64,000 nucleotides of DNA from Treponemataceae bacterium (GTDB lineage: Bacteria > Spirochaetota > Spirochaetia > Treponematales > Rectinemataceae). The position numbers and the translations under genes were made by a program. A model generated the notes under the pieces. That model did no database searches and was not told the origin of the DNA. It saw only the letters and a program-made list of their open reading frames with translations. The DNA lies in the NCBI GenBank assembly GCA_963667725.2, contig CAXXHO010000003.1, positions 896,001 to 960,000 of the forward strand. Reading direction: 5' to 3'. This document shows positions 1 to 8,650 of this stretch, piece after piece (the first letter of the stretch is position 1; each line of letters opens with the position of its first letter).

Positions 1-1316
1 ACGAGAATCCTGGTGGAGGGGGACTGCGAGTCTTTCCTGCGTTTCACCCCTTCAATGAAGGCCGAGAACTCGTTGAGATCGGCCGGCGTTTCGGTACCCG
101 CAATTATGTAGAAAAGTTTCAGTTCCTTGACGCCGGGGCGAATCGTCATCTTGAGACAGTCATCGATCGTCTTGTTCGTGAGTCCCTTCCGGTAATAGGC
201 GCGCATCGTTGCGGAAATGCCCTCGATTCCGAGGGTGAAGGAGTGTTTGCCTCCCGCCAGCTCGGATTCCATGAGCCCTCTGGTTTCAACGAGGATGTCC
301 AGGCGCTGACTCATGAAGGACACTCTTCTGAATATGCGGTTCAACTCAAAAATTAGGTCGAAAATACGCGAGTGGGTATTGAAGTTGAAGCTGTAGATTT
401 CAAGGTCTTCGGCGCCCGTGCTTTTCCTGAGTTCGCGTGCTTCCTGGATGAGTCTTTCCATATCTGCTTCCGCGTAGGGCCGGCGGTCCCAGCCCTCCAG
501 GCAGAAGGAGCAATAACCGGGGCAGCCCGAAGTGATGGAAAGTCTGGCGCTCGAGGCGCTGGGGCCATTGAGGACGAGGGGTTTTGTGACCGTGTGCGGA
601 CGCTGGGGAGCCAGGGCTCGTTTCGCGCCTTCGGCCAGAAGGCAGGGCCAGAATCCCTGGATTTTCGCGGCCTTTTTAAGGCGGGCCAGCCGTTGCTTGG
701 CTGTGGTTTTTTTTCTATCGGCGCCAGAAAGAACCTGGGCGAGCGTCCCGATGGCCGCCTCGCCTTCCCCGAAAAAGATGCCGTCGACGAAAGCGTCCTG
801 GGCCGGATATTTTTTCTCGAGGCCTTCAAGGACGATGGATCCCATGGCCGAGGCATTCGAGCCGCCGGCGATGACGATGGGCTGATCGTCCAGGAGGGCG
901 CGGGAAGCCGCCGACGTGGACAGGCCCGCCGTCGTGAAGAGGTAGGGAAGGTTGACGAGCTCCAGGGCGAAGGCATTGGATACCATAATGATGTCAAAAT
1001 CGCGGGGCGATTTTCGGGAGGCGCGGCCGAAGAACCAGGGCAGGTTCTGCGACGAAAGCGCTTTTCGGTCCGCCGCGGTGGGCAGAAAGGCGAAATCGAT
1101 GAAGGCATCCTTCATGGCGGAGCGGATTTCATCGAAAAGCACGAGATGGGGCGTCGAAATGTCGACATCGCGCCAGGGCGAGAGGCGGACGATGAGGATG
1201 CGCGACGAGGATTTTTCCCATGCCGGATTGGCCATATCGCGCCGGACGGCGGGGAGGATTATCGAGCCTTCTTTAAGGGACGACAGTATCATATCGGCTT
1301 TCGTGAAGTCGCTCAT
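1..1316 (-). CDS. Radical SAM protein, probably B12-binding/TIGR03960-like; 3' end runs off the window
   Basis: Not in the ORF track; translated by hand from ATG at 1316 (MSDFTKADMILSSLKEG...). CxxxCxxC motif CPGYCSFC at ~501-524, N-terminal 'PIVIAGGSNA' and 'DGIFFGEGE' motifs, and 'SFTLGIEG'. The start overlaps the helicase stop (ATGA). Confidence 0.8.
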   Translation of the reverse strand, partial: MSDFTKADMILSSLKEGSIILPAVRRDMANPAWEKSSSRILIVRLSPWRDVDISTPHLVLFDEIRSAMKDAFIDFAFLPTAADRKALSSQNLPWFFGRASRKSPRDFDIIMVSNAFALELVNLPYLFTTAGLSTSAASRALLDDQPIVIAGGSNASAMGSIVLEGLEKKYPAQDAFVDGIFFGEGEAAIGTLAQVLSGADRKKTTAKQRLARLKKAAKIQGFWPCLLAEGAKRALAPQRPHTVTKPLVLNGPSASSARLSITSGCPGYCSFCLEGWDRRPYAEADMERLIQEARELRKSTGAEDLEIYSFNFNTHSRIFDLIFELNRIFRRVSFMSQRLDILVETRGLMESELAGGKHSFTLGIEGISATMRAYYRKGLTNKTIDDCLKMTIRPGVKELKLFYIIAGTETPADLNEFSAFIEGVKRRKDSQSPSTRIL

Positions 1317-2590
1317 CGCTGGGTGCCGTCCCCGCGTTGGGGATACTGTCTCCGCTGGGGCGGTTCTCCGTGTTCGGAACGCATCTTCTCCCTGTAATTC
1401 TTTTTTTCGGCGTCGCCCTTTTCTACCATCGCGAAAAAATCCTCGACGGGCGGTTCGACGACCTGGCCTTCCTCGAGTCTTTTGGTCCTGAAGACGAAAT
1501 TCCTGTCCACGGCGAGCCTGGACGCGCTCCTCAATTCCCAGGCGTCGGCCAGAACGATGCTGATGCCCTTCTCGCCCGCGCGGCCGGTTCTTCCCGCCCT
1601 GTGGACGTACCAGGAATTTTCCTCGGGAAAGTCGAGGCTGATGATGTGCGTGATGCCGGCGATATCGAGGCCTCTGGCGCCGAGATCGGTGGTCACGAGG
1701 TAGCGCAGGGTACCGTTCTCGAAACGCTCTATGGCCACGCGGCGATGCTCTTTTTCCTGTTTCGCGAGGATCGAGTCGGCGGGGAGGCCGATTTCGGCCA
1801 GGCGTTCGGCGGTTCTCGCCACCCTGTCGCCGGAAGAGGCGAAGACTAGGCATTTTTTGGGCTTGATCGCCGCCTCAAGCCGGCGGATGAAGTCTATCCG
1901 CTTGCGGTGCTCGACATAGAACACCCAGTGCTCGATGTCGCGGGTGAGAACCCCCTCGTCCAGGAGGTCGAGGGATTCCGAATCCTTCATATAGACTCTG
2001 GCGAGCTTGCGGGTATTGGGCGATATAGTAGCCGACGCTAGAATTTTGCATGAGTTGGGCGACGCCGCGCCGAGGATGCCGTTCACCTGTTCCCTGTATT
2101 CCGTCGAGAAAAGCCTGTCGCCCTCGTCCAGCACGATGAAATTCACGCTGTCCAGCCTGAGGAAACGCATCTTGACGAGATCCGAGGTCCTGCCGGGCGT
2201 GCCGACGACGATGTGCGGTTTCTTTTTCAGGGCGTCTTCCTGGCGGGAAAGGGGGCTTCCCCCGAGGAGGGCCAGGACGTTCATGGCGATGCGCGACTCG
2301 GCCAGGAGCATCTCGGCCTGTTTGGCCACCTGGACAGCGAGCTCCTGGGTGGGGCAGAGCACGAGGATGAGAGGTCCTTTCGACGGACTCATGTCCTTGA
2401 CCATGGAAATAGCCGGGGCGAGGTAGGCGAAGGTCTTGCCCGTTCCGGTTTCGGACTGAAGGAAGATATCTTTCTTGAGGAGTATTCGGGGTATCGCCAG
2501 GCGCTGAACCTTGGTGGGAATTTTAAAGCCGAGCGTCCCGAAGGCGGCGGACAGTTCGGCGCTAAGGCCTAAATCGGAAAAGTCATTCAT
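1313..2590 (-). CDS. DEAD-box RNA helicase
   Basis: Q motif, GTGKT, PTQEL, TPGR, DEGD, SAT, ARGLD and HRAGRTGR. Start taken at MNDFSDLG. Confidence 0.92.
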   Translation of the reverse strand: MNDFSDLGLSAELSAAFGTLGFKIPTKVQRLAIPRILLKKDIFLQSETGTGKTFAYLAPAISMVKDMSPSKGPLILVLCPTQELAVQVAKQAEMLLAESRIAMNVLALLGGSPLSRQEDALKKKPHIVVGTPGRTSDLVKMRFLRLDSVNFIVLDEGDRLFSTEYREQVNGILGAASPNSCKILASATISPNTRKLARVYMKDSESLDLLDEGVLTRDIEHWVFYVEHRKRIDFIRRLEAAIKPKKCLVFASSGDRVARTAERLAEIGLPADSILAKQEKEHRRVAIERFENGTLRYLVTTDLGARGLDIAGITHIISLDFPEENSWYVHRAGRTGRAGEKGISIVLADAWELRSASRLAVDRNFVFRTKRLEEGQVVEPPVEDFFAMVEKGDAEKKNYREKMRSEHGEPPQRRQYPQRGDGTQR

Positions 2591-2690
2591 GGTACTATAC
2601 TTGCACGAAGAAGCCGCGTTGCTCAAGCGCCTCTATACCGCCCGGAATCGAGGCGGCGTTCGCCGAGCGCGCGTCAGCAGACGCGCGCCA

Positions 2691-2719
2691 TTGCGAAAGC
2701 CCTATCTTTCGGCTATAGT
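2691..2719 (+). promoter_or_regulatory. Sigma70-like promoter of rnz
   Basis: TTGCGA-17 bp-TATAGT, 10 nt before the ATG at 2730. Confidence 0.55.
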
Positions 2720-2729
2720 CTCAGCCAAC

Positions 2730-3659
2730 ATGAATCTCGAAGCATTCGTACTGGGCTGCGGCGGCATGATGCCGCTTCCCTACCGTCACCTTACCAGCGT
2801 ACTTCTAAGGCGCGAAGGTGAACTGTTTCTTTTCGACGCGGGAGAAGCGACACAGATATCCATCCGTCGCCTGAATCTCCGGTGGAAGAAAATAACCGCC
2901 ATTTTTATATCGCACATGCATGCCGACCACGTCACGGGCTTGCCGGGAATCCTGATGCTCAACAGCCAGGTGGACAGGCAGGAACCCCTCTATATATTCG
3001 GTCCCCCACGGATCGCCGAGTATATCGAGCAGACTAGAAGATCCCTCGATATGTACATCAACTATGAAATCATCGTGAAGGAATTCACCGAACCGGGAAT
3101 TCTGTGGGAAGACAAGGATTTCTCGATACGCTCCTTCGGCCTGAGGCACACGAAGCCATGCTATGGCTATACGCTCGAGGAACATATGCGTCCGGGAGCC
3201 TTCTTCCCGGAAAAAGCGCTCGCGATGGGAGTGCCGCGCGGACCGCTCTGGTCCGTGCTCCAGGGCGGAGGGAACGTAACCTTGCCCAGCGGGCTTCTCG
3301 TCCATCCCGAGGATGTCCTCGGGGCTCCGCGCATGGGCAGAAAATTCAGCTATGCCACGGACAGCCTCTACTTTCCGGATATATCGCGCGAAGTCGCCGG
3401 TTCCGACCTCCTTGTCTGCGAAGGGATGTTCGAGGACGCGCTGCTTGCCTCGGCCGTGGAAAAGCGGCATATGACGGCGCGCCAGGCCGCGACCATCGCC
3501 AGGGACGCGGGAGGGGTGAAGCTCTTGGGGCTTATCCATTACAGCCCGCGCTACGCGGACAAGGAACTCAAGCAGCTGCTGAAGGAAGCGCAGGAGGTTT
3601 TTTCGAACACCATCCTCACGCGCGACAGGATGAACTTTCCTATAGAAAACGTGGACTGA
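2730..3659 (+). CDS. rnz: Ribonuclease Z
   Basis: Metallo-beta-lactamase motif SHMHADH, exosite GVPRGP, and 'HMTARQAA' and 'LIHYSPRY'. Confidence 0.95.
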   Translation: MNLEAFVLGCGGMMPLPYRHLTSVLLRREGELFLFDAGEATQISIRRLNLRWKKITAIFISHMHADHVTGLPGILMLNSQVDRQEPLYIFGPPRIAEYIEQTRRSLDMYINYEIIVKEFTEPGILWEDKDFSIRSFGLRHTKPCYGYTLEEHMRPGAFFPEKALAMGVPRGPLWSVLQGGGNVTLPSGLLVHPEDVLGAPRMGRKFSYATDSLYFPDISREVAGSDLLVCEGMFEDALLASAVEKRHMTARQAATIARDAGGVKLLGLIHYSPRYADKELKQLLKEAQEVFSNTILTRDRMNFPIENVD

Positions 3660-3675
3660 AGTCTCGTTTTTCATG

Positions 3676-3711
3676 AAAAAGGGCCGCACGCGATCGCGTG
3701 CGGCCCTTTTT
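3676..3711. terminator. Bidirectional intrinsic terminator (perfect 36-bp palindrome)
   Basis: AAAAAGGGCCGCACGCGA|TCGCGTGCGGCCCTTTTT between convergent genes. Confidence 0.85.
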
Positions 3712-3733
3712 ATGCGCCTTCGGCGCTTCTATT

Positions 3734-5380
3734 TCATTCGGCCTTGGGCTTGAAGGCGAGTATTCTGGAATGGCCGCCCGAATAGGCCTTGTGTACCGCT
3801 GTCGACGCCTCGCGGTATATCTTGTACGCGTCGATCTGTCTGCCCGAACGGGCGGAGATCCCTATAAACACGGGCGCTTCGCCTTCGATATCCTTATAGA
3901 GGCTCAGGGTAGCGGAGAGTACGTCGGCTAGGTCCTCGGACATCTTCAGGGTGCCGCCAAGGTCAACGGATGGGAGGACTATCGCGAAAGCCCCTTTGTA
4001 AAGTTCGAATACCAGATCCTTCGAGCCGATATAGTCTTTTACGGTGACGGCAAGGGCGACAGCCGCGGGATCGCTGCGGGAGCTGACACCGCAGTGGATG
4101 AGCATGAGCGAGACTTCGGATTTTGCGCCGCGTCCCAACTCCTCGCTCAATCTGGCCTCGAGCTGCGGATCGCCCAAAGACAGGGGCATCGGCAAGTTCG
4201 CTATATCCAGGCGATCTGAAGGGGTACCAGAAGCGCGAGCGGAAGGTACCTCGACAGCTTGGACCTTTTCCGTCCGGTCCTCCGCCCTGAGTTCCTCGAA
4301 TTCCTGAAGGGTTTCCCTCGAATCGGCTATATCGTTCTCATTTTCCGCGGCTTGTTCTTCTTCGGGAAGGGTTTCCAGTTCATCGAGCTCTTCGTTTATC
4401 TCAGCGTCGAGATCCTCATCGAGCTGTCCGTTTATCGACGGCTCTTCGGATTTGGGCTGCGGTTCAACCTTCCGCGATGCGATCGGGGACTGATCCGCAT
4501 GGCGATTGGACCAGCCGGCGATTTCTTCCTCGAGTTTGGCGAGGCTTTCCTCGAAGTTACGGCCGGAGGGGGCAAGGCCGGGGACAGGCTGTGTCTTTGT
4601 CTGGATTTCGTCGACAGTATCGATCTTCTCTTCTTCTTCGGCGTCGAGCGAATCCGCTTCGATCAGGAGGTCGGGAATTTCATCTTCGAATTCTTCATCG
4701 GTCATGGCCGCCTCGTCCTCATCAATGGTCTTATCCTCTGGTTCTAAGACTGGGGCAGTTTTTACCTCGAGTGGCGGCATGGCTTCCGGAGGCATGGCGG
4801 TTTCGGGGGACGTGGCAGTATCGGGCACGTTCTCGGCATCCGAGCGGTTTTCTCCCTTGCCTTCATTGCCGAGCAGGACGATGGCTAAAGCGACGACCAG
4901 GCACCAGATCGCGCTGATTATGACGGGTACCCTGGCGGCCTGGGATATATCCGACTTTCGCAAGGTGGCATAGATGGCCGAAAGCTTCATTCCCTCGCTC
5001 AGAGGCGTCGTGAATATGACTGTGCTCCATTCCGGGGCCGAAAACCCCGCGCGTACGGAAGCATCGTTGGGAAGCGCGAAATATGACGAACCCGACGGAA
5101 CCTTCCATAGCGCCATGCCCGACGAGTCGAGGACCTGGGCGGCCAGAAGCCTATTGCTTCCCTTGTAGAGGGCTATCAGTCGTTCGCGCAGGAATTGATC
5201 CTGCAGGTCGCCCGCAGTCTGCAAAGACATGAGGGCATTCCGGAGGATGGAATATTCCGCTCCGCTGGAGCGCTCGCCCGATGTCCGTAAATCGCCCAGC
5301 CTGTAGACGAAGGAGACTATCGCCAAAACGGCGACGATGATCGATACGACAGCCACGAGTCCGCGAAGTGTTTTTCTCAT
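3734..5380 (-). CDS. Membrane protein with two TM helices, a long acidic linker and a degenerate GGDEF-like C-terminal domain
   Basis: Hydrophobic segments near the N-terminus and ~aa 155-170, an E/D-rich middle, and a C-terminus 'VSLMLI...DLVFELYKGAFAIVLP...VFIGIS...EASTAVHKA' that follows the GGDEF pattern without the signature. Confidence 0.65.
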   Translation of the reverse strand: MRKTLRGLVAVVSIIVAVLAIVSFVYRLGDLRTSGERSSGAEYSILRNALMSLQTAGDLQDQFLRERLIALYKGSNRLLAAQVLDSSGMALWKVPSGSSYFALPNDASVRAGFSAPEWSTVIFTTPLSEGMKLSAIYATLRKSDISQAARVPVIISAIWCLVVALAIVLLGNEGKGENRSDAENVPDTATSPETAMPPEAMPPLEVKTAPVLEPEDKTIDEDEAAMTDEEFEDEIPDLLIEADSLDAEEEEKIDTVDEIQTKTQPVPGLAPSGRNFEESLAKLEEEIAGWSNRHADQSPIASRKVEPQPKSEEPSINGQLDEDLDAEINEELDELETLPEEEQAAENENDIADSRETLQEFEELRAEDRTEKVQAVEVPSARASGTPSDRLDIANLPMPLSLGDPQLEARLSEELGRGAKSEVSLMLIHCGVSSRSDPAAVALAVTVKDYIGSKDLVFELYKGAFAIVLPSVDLGGTLKMSEDLADVLSATLSLYKDIEGEAPVFIGISARSGRQIDAYKIYREASTAVHKAYSGGHSRILAFKPKAE

Positions 5381-5503
5381 GTTCCCTTCCTGATCTTCTA
5401 GATTATCGGAAGGAGATGGAGCGGTCTTGCGCACAAATTATCGGGTTGAAGGCTTTTCCCGCCCCGGAAAGTAGCTATACTAAGCTTGAGGAGGAACCTC
5501 CCC

Positions 5504-6352
5504 ATGGAAACAGGCGAAGCGAAACGCAGACCCGCTCTCCCCAATGGCTGGTATCCGAGGGATCGGGAGACCATAACCCGAGTCCTGGCCGAATGGACCG
5601 AGGGGCTGAAGACCCATGGCGCCTCGGCGGTGGTTTCTCCCCATGCCGGATGGTCCTTCTCAGGCAGGCTTTCGGCGCTGGCCATCGCGGCTCTCGCCGA
5701 ATCAGAGACGATAGCTGTCGTCGGCGGCCATCTGCCGCAGAACAGCCCCATCCTCTACGCCAGGGAATCCTCCTTCGAGACCGTCTGCGGGGAGCTGCCG
5801 GCCGACGTCGAGCTGCTCGATGCCCTGGGCGATGAACTGCGCGATTCGGGCGTTCCTTCGCCCTACGCCGATGTATATGTCGACAATAGCGTGGAAGTCC
5901 TCCTGCCGATGATAGCGGCTCTGCAGCCCAAGGCGAAGATTCTCTGGCTTCGGAGCCCCCCTCACTATGGAGCCAAGGAACTCGGGGCTGCCCTGGGAAG
6001 GGCTTCGACCTTGCTGGGCAAGAAGGTGGCCTGCGTGGGATCCACCGATCTGACCCATTACGGCCCCGCCTATGGGTTCATGCCGGCCGGAATGGGCGAA
6101 AAAGCCGAAAAATGGGTGAAATCGGTGAATGACAAGGCCTTCATCGACGCCCTGCTCGATATGAACTGCGAGGTTGCCCTTACCCATGCCGTCAAGAAAG
6201 GCTCGGCATGTTCGGCGGGGGCGGCGGTCGCCTCGCTGAGCTTCGCGATTGAAGTGGGAGCCACGGAAGCCGAGCTTCTGGACTATGCCACGAGTCTCGA
6301 TATCAGGCAGGACGATTCCTTCGTCGGATACGCGGCCATCGCTTTCCATTGA
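5504..6352 (+). CDS. AmmeMemoRadiSam system protein B (MEMO1 family)
   Basis: 'GWYP', 'SPHAGW', 'STDLTHYG', 'SACS' and 'SFVGYAAI' motifs; AGGAGG SD upstream. Confidence 0.85.
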   Translation: METGEAKRRPALPNGWYPRDRETITRVLAEWTEGLKTHGASAVVSPHAGWSFSGRLSALAIAALAESETIAVVGGHLPQNSPILYARESSFETVCGELPADVELLDALGDELRDSGVPSPYADVYVDNSVEVLLPMIAALQPKAKILWLRSPPHYGAKELGAALGRASTLLGKKVACVGSTDLTHYGPAYGFMPAGMGEKAEKWVKSVNDKAFIDALLDMNCEVALTHAVKKGSACSAGAAVASLSFAIEVGATEAELLDYATSLDIRQDDSFVGYAAIAFH

Positions 6353-6392
6353 TGCGCCAGAATCTCCGGAGGCGTTCCTGCCTCGGAAGGCG

Positions 6393-7805
6393 CTAGAGTC
6401 CCAGGTAAGCCCTCACCGTTTCCTTGAACTTCTTGCCGCGGTCGAATTCGTGGAGGAACATCCCGAAAGAGGCGCAGCCAGGCGAGAGCAGGACGGCCGA
6501 ACCGGGTTGGGCCAGGGCGTCGGCGGCTCCGACCGCCTCGGCGAGATTGTCGAAAGGCCCCTTCCACGCGATGCCCTGCTCCGCGAGGAGCGGAATGAGC
6601 TTGTCCGTGCCCGTGCCGGAGAGTAAGACGATCGATGCCGCTTTGGCGTACGCTCTCTTCATGGGTTCGAAATCGATGTTCTTGTCGGTGCCTCCCGTTA
6701 TGAGGACGACAGGATCGACAAAGCTTGAAAGCGCGGCGTCGACCGCGTAGGGTATCGTCGCCGCGGAGTCGTTGTACCATCTGACGCCGCGCGATTCGGC
6801 GAAGAATTCGAGCCTGTGCTCGACGCCGGGAAAGGTCGACATCGCGGAGGCGATCTTTTCGGCTTCCATGCCCATGGCGCTCAGGGCGAGTCCCGCGGCG
6901 AGTAGATTCTTGCGCATGTGCGCGCCGGGAACGAGAAGGCCGGAGGGTAGTATCTCCTCGACGTTGGGCGATCCATTTTTCATCGAGCGGCGCAGCCCGA
7001 GCTCCAGCCCGTCGCGCATCGTCGAAAGCCAAGCGCCTTCTCCTCGCAGTTCCTTCCCCGAATACCAGAGCACCTTTCCCCTCGTTTCGGAAGCGAAGCT
7101 TTGTCCCCAGCTCGAGTCGAAATCGCATATCGTATAGTCTGAGGAGTCCTGATCCGCGTAGATGAGACGTTTGTCGGCAATGTATTCTTCCATGGAGCCA
7201 TAGTAATTCATGTGATCGGGCATTATCGCGGTAAGCGCCGCCACCTTGGGCTTCAGGACACCCAGGCCCTTCATGTCGGCGAGCTGCCAGGAGGAGAGTT
7301 CGAGCACGACGGGCCTGTCCGCGGCCGTTTCATCGAGGAAACCCAGGGGCGAAACCGTAATATTGCCGCCGAGGAGCGCCGCGATTCCGTTTGCCTTGAA
7401 TCCGTGATGGATGGCGCTCACCGTCGACGACTTGCCCTTGGAACCGGTCACCGCGACAATGGGCGATTTCGAATAGCGGAGGAAAACGGAAATGTCGGTT
7501 TCGAGGCATTTGGCCGCGGCGAGAAAAGGGGAGGTTCGTCTTACGGCTGGATTCTTGATTACGATATCGGCATTCCTGAAGTCGTCGGTCTCGTGGCGTC
7601 CAAGCACGTAGCGAATATCGCGACCCGAAAGGGCTTCTATGGACGGCGCCAGCGTGGCTTCATCTCTCAGATCAGTGACGGTGACGAGGGCTCCCTTGTC
7701 GCTGAAAAACTTGGCGCTCGCCAGACCTCCGCCATGCAGTCCCAAGCCCATTATGGTGACCTTCATGCCGGCGATATCTTTTATGGAGGAGGGCATCATC
7801 GTCAT
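6393..7805 (-). CDS. murD: UDP-N-acetylmuramoyl-L-alanine--D-glutamate ligase
   Basis: TGSKGKSS P-loop, GGNI, ELSSWQL, HRLE, YNDSAAT and LSPGCASF. Start uncertain (7805/7799/7796). Confidence 0.95.
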   Translation of the reverse strand: MTMMPSSIKDIAGMKVTIMGLGLHGGGLASAKFFSDKGALVTVTDLRDEATLAPSIEALSGRDIRYVLGRHETDDFRNADIVIKNPAVRRTSPFLAAAKCLETDISVFLRYSKSPIVAVTGSKGKSSTVSAIHHGFKANGIAALLGGNITVSPLGFLDETAADRPVVLELSSWQLADMKGLGVLKPKVAALTAIMPDHMNYYGSMEEYIADKRLIYADQDSSDYTICDFDSSWGQSFASETRGKVLWYSGKELRGEGAWLSTMRDGLELGLRRSMKNGSPNVEEILPSGLLVPGAHMRKNLLAAGLALSAMGMEAEKIASAMSTFPGVEHRLEFFAESRGVRWYNDSAATIPYAVDAALSSFVDPVVLITGGTDKNIDFEPMKRAYAKAASIVLLSGTGTDKLIPLLAEQGIAWKGPFDNLAEAVGAADALAQPGSAVLLSPGCASFGMFLHEFDRGKKFKETVRAYLGL

Positions 7806-7901
7806 ATATTCCCTTTCGGCACCGCGCCGATAGATGCGCTTTGCGCGCGCGGAGCCAGGGACATTATAGCACAACCCCGGCGGCGGCGTTAATCGAGGGG
7901 A

Positions 7902-8645
7902 TCAGTTTTCCTGGCATTCCTTTCCGCCCAGATAGGCGGCCTGGACCCGCGGATCGACCGCGAGGCTCTTCGACTCGCCTTCGATCACGATCTTGCCGAG
8001 CTCGAGGATATAGGCGCGGGAAGCGGCCTTGAGGGCCTTCCGCGCGTTCTGCTCGACGAGGAGGATGGCCACTTTTTCCTCGTCGTGAATCTTCTTGATG
8101 AGGGCGAAAATCTCCTGCACGATGATGGGAGCGAGACCCAGCGAAGGCTCGTCGAGAAGGAGGAGCGAGGGCGAGGATACGATGGCGCGGCCTATGGCCA
8201 GCATCTGCTGCTCGCCGCCGGAAAGGGTGCCAGCCAGCTGGTTGCGCCGCTCTCTCAGGATGGGAAAGAGGTTGTAGACCCGCTCCTCCATGCCCGCCTG
8301 GCGCGCTTTTTCCCTCGCGTGCCGGACGCCGTACTTGCCCAGGATGATATTCTCGCGGACGCTCAGGGTGGCGAAGACATGACGCCCTTCCGGCACATGG
8401 GCTATGCCCTGTGCCGCCAGGGTGTAGGCGGGCATGCTCGTCAGCTCGTGGCCGCCGAAGAGTATCTGGCCTGAACTGGGCTTTTTCAGGCAGGAAATCG
8501 CCTTCAGGAGGCTTGTCTTTCCCGCCCCGTTCGCGCCAAGCACTGCCACTATCTCGTTTTCGCCCACCGTGAGCGACACGCCGTCCAGGGCGCGCACGGC
8601 CCCGTAGTCCAGGGATACATCCTTGATTTCAAGCAGAGCTGCCAT
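7902..8645 (-). CDS. livF: Branched-chain amino acid ABC transporter ATP-binding subunit
   Basis: GANGAGKT, LSGGEQQML, LLLDEPSLGLAP and 'VQAAYLG'. Confidence 0.92.
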   Translation of the reverse strand: MAALLEIKDVSLDYGAVRALDGVSLTVGENEIVAVLGANGAGKTSLLKAISCLKKPSSGQILFGGHELTSMPAYTLAAQGIAHVPEGRHVFATLSVRENIILGKYGVRHAREKARQAGMEERVYNLFPILRERRNQLAGTLSGGEQQMLAIGRAIVSSPSLLLLDEPSLGLAPIIVQEIFALIKKIHDEEKVAILLVEQNARKALKAASRAYILELGKIVIEGESKSLAVDPRVQAAYLGGKECQEN

Positions 8646-8650
8646 GGTTT

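Noticed and set aside
372..1397. 341-aa plus-strand ORF and the 353-1108 minus-strand ORF
   Set aside because: The real gene is the minus-strand radical SAM frame starting at 1316, which the track omits because it has no stop in the window.
1..6352. Radical SAM gene plus MEMO1 read as an AmmeMemoRadiSam cluster
   Set aside because: The radical SAM protein has a long N-terminal domain unlike the PFL-activase-like AmmeMemoRadiSam enzyme, lies 4 kb away on the other strand, and no AMMECR1 gene is present.
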